The translations under genes were made by a program, and so were the position numbers. Shown here piece by piece: positions 18,823 to 23,848 of a DNA stretch of 24,000 nt; positions within the stretch are counted from its first letter, which is position 1, and each line of letters opens with the position of its first letter. The notes under the pieces are model-generated. The model did not search any database. It was not told the origin of the DNA and worked only from the letters and a program-made list of their open reading frames with translations. The DNA lies in NCBI RefSeq assembly GCF_014641615.1, contig NZ_BMIB01000004.1, positions 1,048,785 through 1,072,784 on the forward strand. The letters run 5' to 3'. This DNA is from Filimonas zeae (lineage in GTDB: Bacteria; Bacteroidota; Bacteroidia; Chitinophagales; Chitinophagaceae).

Positions 18823-19025
18823 CACACCTCCTTTTTGTTATGAAAGAATACAGCCGGCATAATAGAGGTTAGCGGGCCTTTTTCAACCCGGTATTAGCAA
18901 ATACGATGCTTAAAACGAATCATCCCTTACTTATTAAGATTTCTTTAGCGGTTGCCCCGGATTGTTAAAAAAACATGCATAACAAAGCTGCGCCCCCTAA
19001 TGTTCGTTTTAACGGCTATAAAATA

Positions 19026-19056
19026 AGAGGGCACATCATTATATGATGCACCCTCT
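19026..19056. other. Imperfect hairpin AGAGGGCACATCAT-TAT-ATGATGCACCCTCT flanked by A/T-rich runs
   Basis: Read directly from the sequence. The 14-nt arms have two central mismatches. It lies in the 346-bp gap between the two-TM gene and the response regulator, and its function is unknown. Confidence 0.35.
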
Positions 19057-19133
19057 GTTTATAATAAACGCCCCGGGCACGCTGCCTGCATTAACTGGTG
19101 CTTAATTTTTTCCAATATGTCAAAGAACTTATG

Positions 19134-19163
19134 AAAACCGCCGCCTTACGGGGCAGCGGTTTT
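19134..19163 (-). terminator. Rho-independent terminator closing the 20409-19172 operon
   Basis: The minus-strand RNA reads AAAACCGCUGCC-CCGUAA-GGCGGCGGUUUU. This is a 9-bp GC-rich stem whose single irregular pair is a U-G wobble on the minus strand (a C-A mismatch on the plus strand). It is followed by a U-run and starts 9 nt after the stop codon. Confidence 0.8.
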
Positions 19164-19171
19164 ATTATTGG

Positions 19172-19399
19172 TTACCCTTTTACAGTAATCTGACTAATAG
19201 CCGCGGCCACACTGCCTGCCACCGCCAGGTAACCCGCAGCTGTTATTACACCTGCCGGCAACACCACCGGCGAGGCAATAATTACAGCACTGGCAGCGGT
19301 TAACGCCAGCCCCATATTGCGCAGCTTTTCAAAGAAGGGTGGGGTTTCCTGTTTTGCTCTTTGTTTAAGACTCAACTGATCTATTTGTTTCTGTGTCAT
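19172..19399 (-). CDS. Small two-TM membrane protein (75 aa), function unknown
   Basis: A polar N-terminus MTQKQIDQLSLKQRAKQETPPFFEKLRN is followed by two Ala/Gly-rich hydrophobic helices (GLALTAASAVIIASPVVL and VITAAGYLAVAGSVAAAISQI). It starts 6 bp after the upstream gene stop and is followed by the terminator. Confidence 0.65.
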   Translation of the reverse strand: MTQKQIDQLSLKQRAKQETPPFFEKLRNMGLALTAASAVIIASPVVLPAGVITAAGYLAVAGSVAAAISQITVKG

Positions 19400-19405
19400 G
19401 GTTTG

Positions 19406-19843
19406 TTAATTATAGTTTTTAAATAATGGGGTGATGCCTACAGGCAGTGACTCAATCTGCAGCCACACTTCCTGTTCCAGCTCAAAGGCAGGTTGCAGCA
19501 ACCGCATCAGCTTACTCATGGCCCTTCTGCTACTTTCGCCCTCACCCTTACCTGTTAAAGCGCTTACGGGCGCAATACAGCCTTTTAATTCGCGGGCAGC
19601 ATTGTTGGCAGGGTGTATCAGAATCAACTCGCGGCCAGGCACATCCTGTAACCACAGGTGATTACTGAACTTCGGGCTCTGCCTTTGCAGCAGCCGGTAG
19701 CGACCTTCGGGCACGCACGATGCGTTGGTGCGGTTATCCAGCCAGGGCAGTTCAATGGTATAGCAAACAATATCGCCATGCATTCTGAGTATACCATTGG
19801 TGCCGCGCGGATAATACATACGCTGTAGTTGTAGTGTTATCAT
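19406..19843 (-). CDS. DUF5675-like protein (145 aa); possible Cys/His peptidoglycan-acting enzyme
   Basis: The sequence YYPRGTNGILRMHGDIVCYTIELPWLDNRTNASCVPEGRYRLLQR...VPGRELILIHPANNAARELKGCIAPV matches my memory of the DUF5675 family found in Bacteroidota and phages. That match is unverified. Its ATG overlaps the upstream stop (ATGA at 19840-19843). Confidence 0.7.
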   Translation of the reverse strand: MITLQLQRMYYPRGTNGILRMHGDIVCYTIELPWLDNRTNASCVPEGRYRLLQRQSPKFSNHLWLQDVPGRELILIHPANNAARELKGCIAPVSALTGKGEGESSRRAMSKLMRLLQPAFELEQEVWLQIESLPVGITPLFKNYN

Positions 19844-20409
19844 AACTGCACCAGTCTTTCCAGATTGGCTTCGTTACCGGGTCGGTCTTTAGCCAGCGCC
19901 CTTACTATGCAGCCATCCGGATTGTTATTTACTACTGTTGCCGTATACACCCAATCGCGCCCATTCTCCTGCATTACCGCCATGCCTTTTTCAATCAGCA
20001 CATCCTGCTCCGTAAAAATGGACACCTCTACGGATACCACCTTATAGCGATCTACCGTATCTACCGTTACTGTACTGCCTACCAGGCCCGTGTATTGCGT
20101 TACCACCACATCAAAAATCTGTGGCGCCTTCCACACATCGGCCATGGCCAGGTTAAACGCACTCTGGCCGGGTTTGGTCATTTCCTCATACATGGCTTTT
20201 GCGGCAGGTATGCTGAGGATGGACTTTGCGTATTGAACGGCTTCTCTGAAGCGTTCGCGAACGGATATCTGAAGTGGGGTAGGTGGCACGGATGATTTAT
20301 CCGGCTTGCGGGAAACGATGGTTTTACCCGCCCTTTTGGTGAACACTAACAGATCGCCCACCAGACCACTTAAACCGAAGGTGACTATATTATTTTTTGA
20401 CTCTGCCAT
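19840..20409 (-). CDS. Hypothetical protein (189 aa), first gene of the operon
   Basis: ATG start with an A-rich SD-less leader typical of Bacteroidota. The N-terminus is FGLSGLVGDLLVFTKRAGKTIVSRKPDKSSVPPTPLQISVRERFREA, and the C-terminal half looks beta-rich. No function is recognisable. Confidence 0.65.
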   Translation of the reverse strand: MAESKNNIVTFGLSGLVGDLLVFTKRAGKTIVSRKPDKSSVPPTPLQISVRERFREAVQYAKSILSIPAAKAMYEEMTKPGQSAFNLAMADVWKAPQIFDVVVTQYTGLVGSTVTVDTVDRYKVVSVEVSIFTEQDVLIEKGMAVMQENGRDWVYTATVVNNNPDGCIVRALAKDRPGNEANLERLVQL

Positions 20410-20579
20410 TGTAATTCTTTTTACACGTTATTCAATTTGTGTTTCCATTTGCCACCACCGCTATCCGGGTAAAGCCTTGTTGGGGACGCTTCTCCCAACT
20501 CAGCTTTCAGCGTCGGCCCCGGTTACCGGCGGTTGACATAGCAATGATACTATTGGGGAGAGGGTGTTTTGAACGCGAA

Positions 20580-20642
20580 GTAGGCAAACGACAGTTTGGA
20601 GTATGCAAACGACAGTTTCGTGTAGGCAAACGACATGAGACA
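20580..20642. repeat. Three tandem 21-bp direct repeats: candidate LytTR-regulator binding array
   Basis: The copies are GTAGGCAAACGACAGTTTGGA (20580-20600), GTATGCAAACGACAGTTTCGT (20601-20621) and GTAGGCAAACGACATGAGACA (20622-20642). The 14-nt core GTAKGCAAACGACA is present in all three. The array lies 171 bp upstream of the operon ATG and 223 bp downstream of the LytTR gene. Confidence 0.85.
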
Positions 20643-20648
20643 GGCCTC

Positions 20649-20701
20649 AAACCCTTATGCAGACTGCGTTCTATGTCAGTTACGGCCTGCAGCAAGGGTT
20701 T
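20649..20701. other. Long imperfect hairpin/palindrome (AAACCCTT-A-TGCAG-ACTG...CAGT...CTGCA-GC-AAGGGTTT)
   Basis: Three nested complementary blocks were read directly: 20649-56 with 20694-701, 20658-62 with 20687-91, and 20663-66 with 20677-80. Confidence 0.45.
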
Positions 20702-20705
20702 CAGA

Positions 20706-20727
20706 GCATACCTGCCGCATACCGCCA
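20706..20727. repeat. Tandem 11-bp repeat GCATACC(T)GCC x2
   Basis: GCATACC occurs at 20706-20712 and 20717-20723, read directly from the sequence. Confidence 0.6.
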
Positions 20728-20765
20728 CGCTGTCACCCCGGAAAAAATTCTATAGCAACTGCCCA

Positions 20766-20820
20766 GGCGAAGGGGAAGCGAACCCGTGGCGAACCCACAC
20801 CGAAGGAATGGTGAAGGCAA
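20766..20820. repeat. Five tandem degenerate 11-bp repeats with an invariant GAA core
   Basis: The units are GGCGAAGGGGA, AGCGAACCCGT, GGCGAACCCAC, ACCGAAGGAAT and GGTGAAGGCAA. GAA occupies the same register every 11 bp, starting at 20769, 20780, 20791, 20802 and 20813. Confidence 0.7.
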
Positions 20821-20864
20821 AACCGACCCGCAAAATGGCAGACATACATTAAATAAATATACGT

Positions 20865-21182
20865 TTACTCACCCAGGAAGGTGATGCGCTTATAAAATGC
20901 CTCGCGGTATGTTCTTCCGATAGGCACCTCGCGACTGCCGAGGTTTATAAGCTCCGCTGTAAAGAATACAATATGATCAAGAGAAACTACATAGGCAGTA
21001 TGCACGCGGCAAAACTGAACATACCCTACCGTCTGATGCAGTTGTGTAAGCGGTTTTCGAATGAGAATACTTTCGGTAGTAGTTATAACAGTGGAGTATA
21101 TTTTCCCTCCCTCTATTAGCATAATATTACTTTGTTCAACGCATACATAGCGTGGGTACTGCGGTAGGTAGAGGCGCGGCAT
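20865..21182 (-). CDS. Stand-alone LytTR-family DNA-binding protein (105 aa, no receiver domain)
   Basis: VCVEQSNIMLIEGGKIYSTVITTTESILIRKPLTQLHQTVGYVQFCRVHTAYVVSLDHIVFF...LGSREVPIGRTYREAFYKRI follows the LytTR domain pattern (I..IE...., r.sL..le..L....F.RvHrsyiVnl..I, vPvsR.y). The protein is essentially the domain alone. Confidence 0.8.
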   Translation of the reverse strand: MPRLYLPQYPRYVCVEQSNIMLIEGGKIYSTVITTTESILIRKPLTQLHQTVGYVQFCRVHTAYVVSLDHIVFFTAELINLGSREVPIGRTYREAFYKRITFLGE

Positions 21183-21227
21183 GATTCCAGGTTTTAGATT
21201 TATATAATGAATAACTAAGCAGACGGA

Positions 21228-22217
21228 TCAGGCAAACAGCTTGCGCCGTCTCAATGCAGATGGCGCACAGCCAAAACGGCGTTTATAATACCTGAGCAGG
21301 CAGGTTTCACTCATCCCTATTTCACAGGCACAGCATTTAACCGAAGCACCTTTACGCCTCAGATAGTCACAGGCTTTCAACAACTGCTGCTCTATTATAT
21401 ACTGCTTTACTGTTTGGTTAGTAATACTAAAAAAAGCAGTATATATAGTAAAATCGCTTACACCAAAATGTTCAGCCAGCACGCCAGTAGTAAGGTGTTT
21501 ATGAAAGTGCTTATGAATATAAGTCTGTATTTCTGTAGCCAGTGGCACCATGCCGTTATTCATTTTCCTGCTGCGCATTAACTGCCGCAAGCGTAGTACA
21601 TATCCATTTAACAGGCTATCTGCCAGGGAAAGTGCCCGTACACAACTACCGGGGTTATGGTAATCAATAGCAATTAACCGACTCAGCAATGCATCTCTCC
21701 CCGGCAAGCCCGAAACTGTAAGCTGCATTACAGAACGCCTTTCGCCGGACGACACACAGGCACTGAAATGAGCCAATTGAGCGTTTACCGTAGCCAGGTG
21801 TTGCACCTGCTGCTGCGTTAAAGTAATACAGGCAAACTGATACATGCCAGGGGCTAATCGCATGTAGTGTTCCGTTGTGGCCGGGCTATGCGCCAGCAAA
21901 CACTCCCCCTCGTGAAATTTGTGCTGCCCTACCCCTTCTGTATATACCAGTGCATTACCCTTCATCACCAACCACAGTGCAGTAATAGCTTCCGGCACCG
22001 ACACTGTTAACAACTGATGCTCTTTTACATAAATCTGGTACAGATGAAAGGTAACAGCACCTATTGATGCAGACTGGATCATTACAGCGCCTTCTTTCCA
22101 TACAATACTACGGACTGCTGCACCTTTTAGCTGGTGCGTTGCATAGGCATACTGTTGTGGCAGCTGATTAACAATAGCAACATCTTCTTCGGGTTTACCG
22201 ATAGGCAGAAATGTCAT
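21228..22217 (-). CDS. AraC-family transcriptional regulator with an uncharacterised N-terminal (cupin-like?) sensor domain
   Basis: The C-terminal HTH reads IQTYIHKHFHKHLTTGVLAEHFGVSDFTIYTAFFSITNQTVKQYIIEQQLLKACDYLRRKGASVKCCACEIGMSETCLLRYYKRRFGCAPSALRR. The ORF-track start at 22256 is TTG; the ATG at 22217 (MTFLPIGKPEED...) is more likely. Confidence 0.8.
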   Translation of the reverse strand: MTFLPIGKPEEDVAIVNQLPQQYAYATHQLKGAAVRSIVWKEGAVMIQSASIGAVTFHLYQIYVKEHQLLTVSVPEAITALWLVMKGNALVYTEGVGQHKFHEGECLLAHSPATTEHYMRLAPGMYQFACITLTQQQVQHLATVNAQLAHFSACVSSGERRSVMQLTVSGLPGRDALLSRLIAIDYHNPGSCVRALSLADSLLNGYVLRLRQLMRSRKMNNGMVPLATEIQTYIHKHFHKHLTTGVLAEHFGVSDFTIYTAFFSITNQTVKQYIIEQQLLKACDYLRRKGASVKCCACEIGMSETCLLRYYKRRFGCAPSALRRRKLFA

Positions 22218-22588
22218 TGGGTACGTTTTTATGGTTGGGCAATTGTTCTGAAACAAATATCATTATATAACAATGATAGAAGTCAAATATTTGCCACCTA
22301 AAACGGAGAAACAACGGTTCTTATTGAAAAGAAACGTTAAAATATCCACAGGTATTTACCAACGGGTTGGCAGGCTTCTTATATAACAATATCATTTAAC
22401 TGAAAAAGCAACACATATGCAGAAGTGAAAATATTAATGTCTTAAAACAGGCAGTACTGCAAATATCGTTAGGGATGAGGCTGAAATGCCCTGCCAGTGC
22501 TGTTACAGCTTTTGCATACCTTTTATAGGGGGCGGAAATGCGTACTTCACATCAACTGTTGATTCAGAAATATTTTTTCTGAGCCGTG

Positions 22589-22909
22589 TTATGCTTTTGC
22601 TGATTGCGCCTTACGCCTGGTTTTATCAGAGCCTCTTTTACGTTCGCACGAGCCTTCAACCGGCTCAAACCCCTGCATCTTTTTATCCAGTGCATTCAGC
22701 AGTCGCAAAAACTCTTCTATACGCTCATACATAAAAAGCCTGTTACTATTTTCCTGTCCGCTACTACTATCAGCACTGTGATATACCGAAGCCGTGTAGA
22801 ACTGCCACAGCAATTTTCTGCACTGCTTATAAGGGTAGTTTAAAAAGAAAAACCGCACCTCCAGACACAGCTCTTCCAGTAATTCATCGGGTATGTTTTG
22901 AATGTTCAT
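22589..22909 (-). CDS. Hypothetical small protein (106 aa)
   Basis: ATG start and a helical, charged composition (MNIQNIPDELLEELCLEV...YERIEEFLRLLNALDKKMQ) with a basic tail. It is co-directional with the upstream 106-aa gene and 44 bp from it. A weak AT-rich hairpin TCAGAAA-TATTT-TTTCTGA (22564-22582) follows the stop. Overlapping plus-strand ORFs look less protein-like. Confidence 0.5.
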   Translation of the reverse strand: MNIQNIPDELLEELCLEVRFFFLNYPYKQCRKLLWQFYTASVYHSADSSSGQENSNRLFMYERIEEFLRLLNALDKKMQGFEPVEGSCERKRGSDKTRRKAQSAKA

Positions 22910-22953
22910 AGCGGATTACGAAGCGGTATTTAACGGATTTAAACGATACATAG

Positions 22954-23274
22954 TTAGCAAACGGGCTGATTATGGCTGCTCACCCCCTCACTGGCAGCAG
23001 GTGCCTTGTGTTTACGATAGACTACTTCACCAGATTCCAGCGCTTTCAAAACAAACGCATCGCCGCTGGTGCCTAGCGGATTATCTAAAACAGGCTTATA
23101 TATTATGCACCTGGCTTTGAAATCTGGCTTTGCCAGATTTTGGATTACTTTGATAATTTCCGCCCCTGGATAGTCAGCACCCTCATCAGGAACAATAATA
23201 AGGCTTAAAGAGAGTGTTTGCTGCTCCTGAATTTGCCAGCTGCATCCGCTATTATAGCTTGCTATGCTTGCCAT
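22954..23274 (-). CDS. Hypothetical small protein (106 aa); the C-terminal half is reminiscent of a minimal nucleotidyltransferase fold lacking catalytic Asp residues
   Basis: ATG start. LSLSLIIVPDEG...ARCIIYKPVLDN...FVLKALESGEVVYRK resembles the hhDxDhhIIV...vDvivyt...f...al.eG.vlY layout of MNT-type proteins, but the G-S and D-x-D positions are substituted. This is a memory-based resemblance only. Confidence 0.45.
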   Translation of the reverse strand: MASIASYNSGCSWQIQEQQTLSLSLIIVPDEGADYPGAEIIKVIQNLAKPDFKARCIIYKPVLDNPLGTSGDAFVLKALESGEVVYRKHKAPAASEGVSSHNQPVC

Positions 23275-23494
23275 TTTCCAGTTATAACAGACAGTTTTGG
23301 AGATTGGGAAATACGCTACGAGCCTGTCGATAAGTAATCGCAGATCGAAATTTTGCTATGGGGTGAGGTGTTTTAATATGGTATGCATACAATTGAATGT
23401 TTTTATCCTGTCGAGGAGATCCCCTTTTTACAGGCATTTTGTAATAAAAACCGATTGTAAGACTACCGCGCGCAGTGAGGAAAGCATTTAATAA

Positions 23495-23848
23495 AAAAGA
23501 CGCGGGCTAGTCCTTAACTTTACAAATAAAAAATTGTCCGTTGTACAACTTCCACATCATGGTTCTTATAAAAACTACCACGCCCCATTCTGGGAGCAAA
23601 TATTAAAAGCGGATAAACGGCATGCGATCGCATCAGCAGGCGTAAATGCTAAATATAAGCATCCACATTTTGAAGTTCTCAAAACCTTCCACGAAAACGG
23701 ATATAACATACACTGCACCAGCATCGCTCATGGTTCGCAAGAGTTTTTAGAACATATAAAGAGAACTGCTGCTATTAGTGGCAAGCTAGATACATTTAGC
23801 ACTCTTATAAATTCCTACACACCAGGAGACAAAGTTTTCCAAGCTTAA
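23495..23848 (+). pseudogene. C-terminal remnant of an MBL-fold hydrolase of the ComEC/Rec2-related type
   Basis: VVQLPHHGSYKNYHAPFWEQILKADKRHAIASAGVNAKYKHPHFEVLKTFHENGYNIHCTS matches the ...vLkvpHHGS....fl....p..aiiS.g..N.ygHP...vl..l...g..v..T C-terminal signature. The N-terminal metal-binding motifs (HxHxDH) are missing. The reading frame is preceded by in-frame TAATAA (23489-23494), and the ORF-track start at 23534 is TTG. Confidence 0.6.

Noticed and set aside
20584-20596. GGCAAACGACAG resembles the start of the E. coli tmRNA tag-coding region (GCAAACGAC...).
   Set aside because: The motif is repeated three times. There are no tRNA-like acceptor or T-arm sequences, no tag ORF ending in a stop with the ...ALAA pattern and no pseudoknot context. 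I consider the resemblance coincidental.
20580-20642. Whether the 21-bp repeats are a mini CRISPR array or plasmid-type iterons (a replication origin).
   Set aside because: The repeats are contiguous with no spacers and there are no cas genes, so this is not CRISPR. Iterons remain a formal alternative because the 21-22-bp period fits. However, there is no rep gene, DnaA box cluster or AT-rich unwinding element nearby, while a LytTR gene is adjacent. The operator reading is more parsimonious.
20439-20852. ORF-track ORFs filling the LytTR-operon gap: 137 aa on the plus strand (20439-20852) and 73 aa on the minus strand (20507-20728).
   Set aside because: Both are Arg/Cys/Pro-rich with low-complexity heptad artefacts (NCRLPT/SCRLPT) created by the 21-bp DNA repeat. 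They overlap each other. The 11-bp repeat period is incompatible with coding, and neither shows a plausible start context. I treat the region as non-coding.
22486-22843. Plus-strand ORFs 22486-22734 and 22604-22843 as alternatives to the minus-strand 22589-22909 gene.
   Set aside because: Their hydrophobic/aromatic low-complexity translations look less protein-like than the helical, charged minus-strand product. The minus-strand gene also matches the orientation and spacing of its neighbours. Confidence in the minus-strand call is itself only moderate.
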